Below are positions 1 through 7,614 of a stretch of 64,000 nucleotides of DNA, one piece after another. How positions within the stretch are numbered: position 1 is the stretch's first letter; every line of letters begins with the position of its first letter. The notes under the pieces were generated by a model that saw only the letters and a list, made by a program, of their open reading frames with translations, was not told where the DNA came from and searched no databases. The DNA is from an uncultured delta proteobacterium. Lineage in GTDB: Bacteria; Desulfobacterota; Syntrophorhabdia; Syntrophorhabdales; WCHB1-27. A program made the position numbers and the translations under genes. The stretch covers positions 416,691 to 480,690 of the forward strand of contig CAWEPK010000012.1 in assembly GCA_963810935.1 (NCBI GenBank). The letters run 5' to 3'.

Positions 1-464
1 ACGACGCATTTGCGGCCAACCTGGCGCGCGTCAGGTACAAGAGGGGCAAAATCGCCTACGCTGCGAGGCGCCATTTCTTCACGGACTGGGCCTCTACGTC
101 GCACGTGACCGACGTTACGGCCGCAATCGGCGGCAAGCACGCCAGGACGGAACTCAAGGTGCTCAACCGCAAGGCGGACGGCAGCTTGTTCGTGCCGGGC
201 ATACCCGAAAAGCGAAGGCGGGTCGCCTACATCCCCTCGCCCGCCGCAGGCTTAGAGGCGGCGGCCGGGCTGCGGACGGGCGATTACATAGGCATATACG
301 CGGAAGATCCCGGACTCGACGTCACGCACACCGGCATTGCGGTCATTAAAGGGGGGAAGCCGATTTTCAGACACGCCTCGCAGGTCGAGGGCAAGGTGAT
401 CGACGTGCACTTCATTTCCTACCTCGCCGCCAAACCCGGCATCATCGTCCTGCGGCCGCGATAA
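1..464 (+). CDS. DUF1460 / N-acetylmuramoyl-L-alanine amidase-like protein (5' partial)
   Basis: Frame is open from position 3; contains RRHFFTDW and GDYIGIY...GLDVTHTG motifs typical of DUF1460. Confidence 0.8.
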   Translation, partial: DAFAANLARVRYKRGKIAYAARRHFFTDWASTSHVTDVTAAIGGKHARTELKVLNRKADGSLFVPGIPEKRRRVAYIPSPAAGLEAAAGLRTGDYIGIYAEDPGLDVTHTGIAVIKGGKPIFRHASQVEGKVIDVHFISYLAAKPGIIVLRPR

Positions 465-636
465 CATATCCGCAATTACAGCAACTTAGCGTACACTCCT
501 GCTCCACTGTCTCACCTGTGAACTCTATCTATTCAATTATACAGCAGTGCATCATCGTTGATAAGACGGGTGCTTTTCATTTCTTTCGGTTGTATAATTG
601 ATTTATATCGTCGTGCACATTACCGGAGGTGGGACA

Positions 637-1089
637 ATGAGACGGTTTCTGCTAATTACATTAATATTGACGGTCTGCGTCTCGGGCATCATGACCACCC
701 CGTCCCGCTCCTTCGGGTACGGTGGATGGGCCGCAGGATGGTTCGTAGGCGGGCTGGCCGCCGGCGCTGCCCTGGGCTACGCAGCCAGCAGGCCCTATTA
801 CTACGATTACTACCCGCCTGCGCCCGTTTACGTCTACCCGCCGCAGCCCGTTTACGCATACCCGCCGCCAACCTATGTCTATCCTCCGCCGCCATACGCG
901 GCGCCCGCGCCAGTCCAGTCTTATATGTCGCAGCCGATGTCTTCCGCCGCCGTCCCGCCGCCGCCGCAGGCAGGGCCGCCCCAGCAGGCAGGAACAGCGT
1001 CTCAGAGCGGTGAATGGGTCACGGTCCCGGCGCAGGAAATAGGCGGGAAATGGGTGCCTGAGCACAAGGCATGGGCGCCCTCGCAATAA
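637..1089 (+). CDS. Proline/tyrosine-rich exported or membrane protein
   Basis: GGAGG RBS before ATG 637; hydrophobic N-terminus, glycine-zipper-like segment, repeated YVYPP. Confidence 0.65.
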   Translation: MRRFLLITLILTVCVSGIMTTPSRSFGYGGWAAGWFVGGLAAGAALGYAASRPYYYDYYPPAPVYVYPPQPVYAYPPPTYVYPPPPYAAPAPVQSYMSQPMSSAAVPPPPQAGPPQQAGTASQSGEWVTVPAQEIGGKWVPEHKAWAPSQ

Positions 1090-1152
1090 TCATCTACCCC
1101 CGGCAAAGCCGGCGGTTTACCAGAATGAAATTATTGGGGCTCAGCGGTCCCT

Positions 1153-1623
1153 TCAATTGTAATTAGCGACTCTCCTGTCCATCGCGCCGGCGAGGATGTC
1201 GGACGCCTCGTCGAAGCGCTCTTCCGCAACGCACATCCAGAACAGCAGCCCGCCCTCCCCTATGCCGCTCTCGTAAAGCTCGGCAAGCTCTTCAGGCACG
1301 CCGGCCTGAGTCAGCGCGCCGGCCACGCTCGCCCCTTCCGCTTCCTGCGTAGAAGCGGCCGCATCCTGGGCTTCCGGGCCGGCTGCGCAGGTCTCGCCCA
1401 CGCCGGGCAGGTCCAAAATTTTGCATTCCGACATAAGTACATCCATGCCGCTGACGCGGCCGTTTCCAGCGAGATGGGGCCTGCGGGCGCCTGCGCGCAC
1501 CGCCGCCGCCTGGATTATTGCGTTCATCTCTTCCCGGTCGAATTCCCTGTCGACAAGCTCTTCCACGGCTGCGGCCGCTTGGTGGTAATCACCGAACAGG
1601 ACAAAGATCGTTCGCATAGGCAC
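1153..1623 (-). CDS. Hypothetical protein (general stress protein-like)
   Basis: 156-aa ORF with AAGGAG RBS; 'AAAAVEEL...GVPEELAELYESGI..GG' pattern. Confidence 0.55.
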   Translation of the reverse strand: MPMRTIFVLFGDYHQAAAAVEELVDREFDREEMNAIIQAAAVRAGARRPHLAGNGRVSGMDVLMSECKILDLPGVGETCAAGPEAQDAAASTQEAEGASVAGALTQAGVPEELAELYESGIGEGGLLFWMCVAEERFDEASDILAGAMDRRVANYN

Positions 1624-1995
1624 CGCTCCTTTCCCCGTTCGCGGCCTGCTACGGCCGCCCCTTACCGCCCCTTTTTACGCACAGTTACCGGGGCTCAGCG
1701 CCCCCACCGCATACACTCGCTTTACCCTGCTGCAAGCAGCAGAGTAATTAAATCGTGCCGATCTCTTCCGGCTGTCTCGCCGGATGAACCCCGACGCTCT
1801 TTCGGCGAAAATCGCCGTCTCGTCTTCCCAACGCGCTTTTGAAAAGGCAAGCCGCAGGATGAGGATATTGAAGGGCTGTTAACTAAAGGGCCGGTCTTTT
1901 CGCGAACGCTCCACCTTCAATATAAGTCTTCTGCACTGCCTGTCAATGTCGGGCAAAAGAATGTTCGGGACGGGGAACGGGTGTGCGATGCGCGG

Positions 1996-2433
1996 CTATT
2001 TCGGGCGGTCGATACGCGGAGAGGGGCGGCTGCCGGTTTTTATGAATTCGCGGTAGTCGGCGATGATCTCGCGGTGGTCGAAGGCGAGGTCTTCGGGCAG
2101 GGAATCAGGGGAGTAGACGGCTGCGCCTTTGGCGTCGTCCGCGGCTTCCAGCATGCCCGCGCCGGTTCCGGTGTAGACGATGCTGACCGTCTGGCCCCTC
2201 GGGTCCCTCGACGGCTTGCCGTAGATGTAGAGCAGCTCCCTGAGCGTCACATCAAGCGACGTCTCTTCGCGCGCCTCGCGGACTGCGGCGGTCTCAAGGG
2301 CCTCGCCCTCGTCGACGAAGCCGCCGGGCAGGGCGTAACCGAAGGGGGGGTTGCGACGCTCGATCAAAACGATGCCGCCTTGATACTCAATAATAACATC
2401 CACAGCGATGAGCGGAGTGACCGGACGTGGCAT
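1996..2433 (-). CDS. NUDIX hydrolase
   Basis: Nudix box GGFVDEGEALETAAVREAREETSL; RDPR and LAFDH motifs. Confidence 0.92.
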   Translation of the reverse strand: MPRPVTPLIAVDVIIEYQGGIVLIERRNPPFGYALPGGFVDEGEALETAAVREAREETSLDVTLRELLYIYGKPSRDPRGQTVSIVYTGTGAGMLEAADDAKGAAVYSPDSLPEDLAFDHREIIADYREFIKTGSRPSPRIDRPK

Positions 2434-2790
2434 ATATATGAGTATAAGCCCATACGCCAGCCATTCTCAATAGATTGAGTATCGGGGGGCCGGGATCTTT
2501 TCGCGGCCTTCGCGCCGTTTTCTCGGCGCGCCTCCTCGACGTACTTCAACTGTACAGTCTCGTCGGGCGCCTTCGAAAAGCAACGCGAATTCCACGAAAA
2601 CCTCCCGGCCCCGACCCTGTAAGACCAAAATGACAATCCCTGACCGGAATCACCATTCTGCACCTAAAAAGGGGCCTGTTTCAATAATATTTTAAAATTC
2701 AATCGACAAGAATGTTGGCCTCGGATAGAATTCAAGAGGCCCTTTTCTTGGCTATTTTCGGTGTCTTTTTAATTGCACAGGGGAGCAATT

Positions 2791-3357
2791 ATGGCAGCAA
2801 AACGAATATTGACTGAGTCTGAAAAAACTAGGTTAGAATCATCCACGAAGAGATGGCTGGCGGAGTGCGAACGTTGGATGAGGCACTTCAAGGCGCTGCG
2901 GCCCGACCCAATGGAACAAGGGTTTCCGTCCAATGTCGACAGTTTCTTAATCAGTGCTACCTATTTTATTGTCGCTGCGGGTTGCGTTTATTTACACTGT
3001 AAAAGTCTGCTTGAAGCCAAAACGGGTTCAAAACAAACGGCCGATAAGTGGCTTGCGGATCGTCTCAAAGAACGGCCTGTATTACAGGCCTTAGTCGATC
3101 GCCGCAACTGGATCAACCATGGAGCACTGTACAGAAACCCCAATTATACGCTAACGTTTGTCCAGGTGGAAGGCGTTGACAGAACGACGGCTGATCTTGT
3201 TTATGAGGCTGCCAAGAACAAAGGCTCCGTGATTTGGAACGCTGGCAATACCTTTTGCTGGATCGCAGAAGATGAGACTATTGAACATAGCGTTACTTAC
3301 TGGCAGGAGAAAGTAGTATCTGAACTATCAGAGATGGTTAGGGATATTGAGCAATAA
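2791..3357 (+). CDS. Hypothetical protein with HEPN-like R-X4-H motif
   Basis: GGGGAG RBS before ATG 2791; AT-richer than host genes; RNWINH motif. Confidence 0.55.
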   Translation: MAAKRILTESEKTRLESSTKRWLAECERWMRHFKALRPDPMEQGFPSNVDSFLISATYFIVAAGCVYLHCKSLLEAKTGSKQTADKWLADRLKERPVLQALVDRRNWINHGALYRNPNYTLTFVQVEGVDRTTADLVYEAAKNKGSVIWNAGNTFCWIAEDETIEHSVTYWQEKVVSELSEMVRDIEQ

Positions 3358-3449
3358 CTTGACTCCGATTCACAGATATTATCAGAGACTGTCATGGGGG
3401 ATAGTAGGGGACACGTCCCTGGCACACGCATCACAGCCGCCCGGAATCC

Positions 3450-3475
3450 GAATATTCGGTAGTGTCTCAGTTTGA
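3450..3475 (+). repeat. Left target-site duplication (GAATATTC, 3450-3457) plus left IR
   Basis: Read directly from the sequence. Confidence 0.95.
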
Positions 3476-3517
3476 CGGATTGTTTTGTTGTTGATGAGTG
3501 AAGAAGGCTACGGCCTA

Positions 3518-3526
3518 TGTTATAAT
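3518..3526 (+). promoter_or_regulatory. Extended -10 promoter (TGtTATAAT), probably giving a leaderless mRNA
   Basis: TATAAT at 3521-3526 with 7 nt between it and ATG 3534; no RBS. Confidence 0.6.
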
Positions 3527-3533
3527 AAATATT

Positions 3534-3764
3534 ATGCCTAAAGGACCAAGGGGGCAGAAGAGACCCGCCGATGTCATAGGCAATGCCATAGTGGTTGCCA
3601 AGATTGCTACCGGCGAGATTACTGAAGAAGCCAACGGCAAAGAGTATGCCCGCGAGGGTGGGCGGAAGGGCGGAGCACTCAGGGCTAAGAAACTATCTTC
3701 TGCCAGACGAAAAGAAATTGCTCAAAAAGCCGCCCAGGCCCGCTGGGGCAAGAAAGAAAATTAG
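3534..3764 (+). CDS. Small basic IS-associated protein (histone H1-like / KGG-type tail)
   Basis: MPKGPRGQKRPADVIGNAI..IATGE and GRKGG..RAKKLS..RRKEIA.KAA.ARW, a pattern I recognise from genes beside this transposase type. Confidence 0.8.
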   Translation: MPKGPRGQKRPADVIGNAIVVAKIATGEITEEANGKEYAREGGRKGGALRAKKLSSARRKEIAQKAAQARWGKKEN

Positions 3765-3909
3765 TCCCATTTCCCCGCATAAATAAACGATTTTTGCTTT
3801 CTGGAAAATTCTTAGGAAAAAAAGGACTTGCTTTTTACACTGCTTCTCATGCAGAATATATACAGTTCTGCTGTAGGGAGATAGAAAAGGTAAGGGAGGA
3901 GGTGGTTGA

Positions 3910-4515
3910 TTGCTAAACGAAGGTGACTTTACAAGGGTTATTGGGAAGTACTTCGAAGCGATTCAGGAGTGCATCGAGGCAGGGTTCAACCGCTGGTTTG
4001 CGGTACCCGCAGAGTTTAGGATCGCGGCGTCTCCACGTACAAGGGCAAATTTTATTCACGATTTCATTCGCGATGAAGCTCTGAGGCGTTTTTTGCATGT
4101 TCCAGAGATAGAGTTATTGGAAGTCCGGGGGCTGTTTTTGGTCAAGTTCGGGGAAGATGTATTATTGAGGTTCAAGAAGTTTGATAGGTATTTCCGTCCG
4201 CAAAATATCCCTACTGGTCAGACAAAATTGTTCTCACGGCAGGGAGTACAGGAATCCCTTTTTGGAGTTCCTTTTGCTACGAAGGTTATTGCCGGGTATC
4301 AAACGGATAAGGCACACGCTGAAATCCAATGGACGGGCATAACATGCCCCGAAGGAAAGCATCTACATTGGTACATTAACTTCGAAAAACCTTCCACCCA
4401 AGTTCTTCCTTTCCAGACTTATCAAGAAACAACACAAGAGTCTGGCCCCGTCGCAGAACCGAGGCCGAAGGAGAATTTGAAAAACAATGAGAAGAGAGGA
4501 GACAAAGAAATTTAA
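3910..4515 (+). CDS. Hypothetical protein, candidate toxin/effector
   Basis: Strong GGAGG RBS before TTG; overlaps the start of the XRE-peptidase gene; motifs RTRANFIHD, LRFKKFD, IAGY. Confidence 0.7.
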   Translation: MLNEGDFTRVIGKYFEAIQECIEAGFNRWFAVPAEFRIAASPRTRANFIHDFIRDEALRRFLHVPEIELLEVRGLFLVKFGEDVLLRFKKFDRYFRPQNIPTGQTKLFSRQGVQESLFGVPFATKVIAGYQTDKAHAEIQWTGITCPEGKHLHWYINFEKPSTQVLPFQTYQETTQESGPVAEPRPKENLKNNEKRGDKEI

Positions 4516-5563
4516 TCCAGACATGCTGATCATGGCGCGCAAATCAAGGGGGTTAACACAAAGCGATTTAGCAACTGCTCTTGCAATGACTTCATCTCAC
4601 CTATCTAAAGTTGAGGGTGGGATGACACCTTTTCCAGAATCGAAACTGGACGAATTATCGAATGCGCTCAAGTATCAGGAAGATTTCTTTTACAGGGGGG
4701 AAAGGTTCTTGGGGATAGGTCCGGCGTTTGTGTACCATAGAATGCGGCAAAGTGTTTCAAGCAAGCTAATAGAGAAGATCGAAGCACAGGTGAACGTCTA
4801 CCGTATACACATTGAGAGGCTTCTCCGTTCCGTAGAAATCGCGGAATGCAAAATCCCTTCTTACGATTTGGATGAACTGGGGAACAATGCGACACCGGAA
4901 GACGTTGCACGTAACATTCGTGCCTCTTGGTTTATTCCGAGTGGTCCGATAATGGACCTTGCCCAAGTCATAGAAGCTGCGGGCGGAATTGTCATTCCAT
5001 ATGACTTCGGTACGATGCAGATTGACGGTGTGAGCCAACGTGTTCGGCCACTTCCGCCTTTGTTCTTCATAAACAAGAATATTCCTGGCGATAGGTGGCG
5101 GTTTTCGCTGGCCCACGAACTCGGCCACATAATTCTTCACGATAGTCCACGTCACGATATGGAAAAAGAGGCTAACCGCTTTGCGGGTGAGTTTTTAATG
5201 CCCGCATGTGACATCGGACCGTCCGTGTGTTCACTCGGCTTCGGTAAGTTATTCGATCTCAAAATGTATTGGAAATGTTCGATGCAAGCGATCATCAAAC
5301 GGGCCAAAGACATGCAAACGATATCGGAACGGACTGCGTACTATCTTTTCGCCCAACTATCTAAGGCAGGGTATAGGACCAAAGAGCCGGGCGAATTTCC
5401 ACGAGAGCAACCTACGTTATTGTCAAAGATTATTGAGGTATATCTGAACAAGCTTGGATATACAGCAGAGGAAATGTGTAACCTGTTGGCGATTTACTCC
5501 GGGGATTTTAATACGCTTTATGCCGATACCTCAGAGAAGCGTCATTTGAGGCTGGCAGACTAA
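4487..5563 (+). CDS. XRE-family HTH + ImmA/IrrE (Peptidase_M78) zinc metallopeptidase
   Basis: N-terminal ARKSRGLTQSDLA...LSKVEGG HTH; RFSLAHELGH (HExxH) and EKEANRFAGEFLMP. Confidence 0.93.
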   Translation: MRREETKKFNPDMLIMARKSRGLTQSDLATALAMTSSHLSKVEGGMTPFPESKLDELSNALKYQEDFFYRGERFLGIGPAFVYHRMRQSVSSKLIEKIEAQVNVYRIHIERLLRSVEIAECKIPSYDLDELGNNATPEDVARNIRASWFIPSGPIMDLAQVIEAAGGIVIPYDFGTMQIDGVSQRVRPLPPLFFINKNIPGDRWRFSLAHELGHIILHDSPRHDMEKEANRFAGEFLMPACDIGPSVCSLGFGKLFDLKMYWKCSMQAIIKRAKDMQTISERTAYYLFAQLSKAGYRTKEPGEFPREQPTLLSKIIEVYLNKLGYTAEEMCNLLAIYSGDFNTLYADTSEKRHLRLAD

Positions 5564-5633
5564 GGGGGCACTTATGTAAAAAAATAGGGGTAAACGACCC
5601 GGTACCCAACCATCGCGTTTACCCCTGACCAAT

Positions 5634-5707
5634 ACCCCTGTAGCTCAAACGGACAGAGCGGCTCCCTCGAAAGACGCTGGCTCCGGGTTCGAGCCCCGGC
5701 AGGGGTA
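5634..5707 (+). tRNA. Non-canonical tRNA-like RNA (nominal anticodon CGA; possible pseudo-tRNA)
   Basis: Acceptor ACCCCTG/CAGGGGT, D-arm GCTC/GAGC, T-arm CCGGG-TTCGAGC-CCCGG; anticodon stem has 2 mismatches; 5-nt variable loop; no encoded CCA. Confidence 0.75.
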
Positions 5708-5762
5708 CTCCTATATTCTATACATATTTCTCGTGAAAAAAAAGTTTTTCTTAACCTGAAAA

Positions 5763-5797
5763 TTATGCTTGACACATAAGCATAAATTTCATATAAT
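5763..5797 (+). promoter_or_regulatory. Consensus sigma70 promoter for the transposase with an overlapping inverted-repeat operator
   Basis: TTGACA (5769-5774)-N17-TATAAT (5792-5797); TTATGCTT-N7-AAGCATAA (5763-5785); ATG at 5804 without RBS. Confidence 0.85.
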
Positions 5798-5803
5798 AAG
5801 AAC

Positions 5804-6640
5804 ATGCACAAGCTGCCCATATCAAAGCGAGTCCAAATCCTTCAGATGCTTTGTGAAGGCGCTTCCATGCGGTCTATCTCCAGAGTCGCGGACGTATCCA
5901 TAAACACGGTAACCAAGCTGCTTGTGGATGCCGGTAAAGCCTGCTCGGACTATCAGGACAAGGCCCTCCGTAACCTGCCCTGCAAGCGAATCCAGGCCGA
6001 CGAAATTTGGTCGTTCTGCTATGCCAAGGAAAAGAACGTCCCCGACGACAAAAAGGGCTGGTTCGGTTATGGCGGTGTCTGGACCTGGACGGCGATAGAT
6101 GCTGACAGCAAACTTATCGTTTCATGGCTGGTAGCCGACCGGGGGGCAAGGGCAGCGATGGAGTTCATAAGCGATCTGGCCGAGAGGCTTCAGAACAAGA
6201 TGCAGCTTACCACGGACGGCCACAAGGTCTATTTGAACGCGGTAGAAAGAACCTTCGGCGGCGAGATAGATTATGCGATGCTCCAGAAAATCTATGGGAC
6301 GGAACCGGAAGGCGAAAAGAGATACAGCCCTGCGAAGTGCTTAGGGGCAGACAAGTCGATCATCTGTGGACGGCCCGACGAAGAGCACATATCAACAAGC
6401 TACGTCGAGCGGCATAATCTCACCATGAGGATGAACATGAGTCGGTTTACTCGCCTGACGAACGGATTTTCTAAGAAGGTCGAGAATCATTGTCATGCCC
6501 TCGCCCTCTGCTTCATGGCTTACAACTTTGTGCGGATTCACAAGACCTTGAGAGTAACCCCCGCGATGGCCGCCGGAGTGACGGACAGACTGTGGACGAT
6601 GGAGGATATAGTAAATTTGATCGATGAGAATTCAAACTGA
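5804..6640 (+). CDS. IS1-family DDE transposase
   Basis: N-terminal HTH ([12 protein letters not shown]); QADEIW, TTDG and [13 protein letters not shown] catalytic motifs; RVTPAMAAG tail. Confidence 0.95.
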   Translation: MHKLPISKRVQILQMLCEGASMRSISRVADVSINTVTKLLVDAGKACSDYQDKALRNLPCKRIQADEIWSFCYAKEKNVPDDKKGWFGYGGVWTWTAIDADSKLIVSWLVADRGARAAMEFISDLAERLQNKMQLTTDGHKVYLNAVERTFGGEIDYAMLQKIYGTEPEGEKRYSPAKCLGADKSIICGRPDEEHISTSYVERHNLTMRMNMSRFTRLTNGFSKKVENHCHALALCFMAYNFVRIHKTLRVTPAMAAGVTDRLWTMEDIVNLIDENSN

Positions 6641-6657
6641 GACACTACCGAATATTC
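6632..6657 (+). repeat. Right IR plus right target-site duplication (GAATATTC, 6650-6657)
   Basis: Read directly from the sequence. Confidence 0.95.
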
Positions 6658-6704
6658 TTGCATAACGCCCCACAGTCATATGAAAATGAATGTTGAGTGC
6701 CGGG

Positions 6705-7586
6705 ATGAAAAAAAGAGACCGTATCGACCTGATAGGTTTTCTGATACTCGTCGGCTGCACGCTGCTGTGGGGGCTCAACTACCCGGTGGTGAAGGTGACG
6801 AATACGGGCCTGTCGCCTGTCTTCAACTCTCTGATGCGGTCCGTCATAGCGTCTATCTGCGGCATCGGCTACTGCATCTATATCAAGCAGCCACTCTTTC
6901 ACAGGGACATCAGGCTCTTCCACGGCTTCATCGTCGGCCTCCTTTTCGGCCTGGAGTTCATCTGCGTCTACGTCAGCCTCATTTACACGGACGCGGCCCG
7001 TAGCGTCATATTCGTCAACCTGTCTCCGTTCGTGGTCGCTATCGGGGCCTACTTCGTGGTGAGGGAGAAGCTGGGGACGTGGCAGATAGCCGGGCTGGTC
7101 CTCGCATTTGCCGGGGCATATTTAGTGCTGCAAGGCAAGCCGCGCTCGTGGACCCCCGCGATGCTGAAGGGCGACCTGCTCGCCATCGCCGGGGCCGTCT
7201 TCTGGGGCGCGACAACGGTCTATATCAAGAAATATCTCGCCGACCGCGTGCACCCGATCCATACGTTCCTCTACCAGCTCGTCTTCTCCGTGCCCATAAT
7301 CTTCGCGGCAGCCGTAGTCATGGAACCCAGGTGGATCATCGGGCTGACGCCTGCTATCGTAGGAGGCGTCTTCTATTCGTCGGTCATCGTCGCCTTTGCG
7401 TCGTATTTGCTCTGGTTCGAGCTGATACACGCATATCCGATAACGAAGCTCTCGGTCTTCACGTTCCTGATGCCCGTCTTCGGCACTGCGGCGAGCGGCG
7501 TATTCCTCGGCGAGCAGATGACCGCGGGATTGGTGATCGGCTTATGCTTTGTCTGCGCGGGTATCTACGCGACGAACCACAGGTAA
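6705..7586 (+). CDS. DMT/EamA family transporter
   Basis: About 10 hydrophobic segments, LLWGLN, duplicated EamA pattern. Confidence 0.9.
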   Translation: MKKRDRIDLIGFLILVGCTLLWGLNYPVVKVTNTGLSPVFNSLMRSVIASICGIGYCIYIKQPLFHRDIRLFHGFIVGLLFGLEFICVYVSLIYTDAARSVIFVNLSPFVVAIGAYFVVREKLGTWQIAGLVLAFAGAYLVLQGKPRSWTPAMLKGDLLAIAGAVFWGATTVYIKKYLADRVHPIHTFLYQLVFSVPIIFAAAVVMEPRWIIGLTPAIVGGVFYSSVIVAFASYLLWFELIHAYPITKLSVFTFLMPVFGTAASGVFLGEQMTAGLVIGLCFVCAGIYATNHR

Positions 7587-7614
7587 TAATTTTTGTTGAT
7601 TAAGGCCGCCTAAG

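Larger units (their letters stand above)
3458..6649 (+). mobile_element. IS1-family (ISMhu11-like) transposon with passenger genes
   Basis: Perfect 18-bp terminal IRs GGTAGTGTCTCAGTTTGA (3458-3475) / TCAAACTGAGACACTACC (6632-6649); 8-bp direct repeat GAATATTC on both sides; IS1-type transposase ending inside the right IR. Confidence 0.95.

Noticed and set aside
1095..1120. ACCCCCGGC-AAA-GCCGGCGGT hairpin resembling an IS200/IS605 or REP end
   Set aside because: Single imperfect copy with no tyrosine transposase in the window; may just be a terminator between convergent genes
2364..2663. Minus-strand ORF with faint resemblance to a REP-associated tyrosine transposase fragment
   Set aside because: No HUH motif, and the similarity is too weak to support by eye
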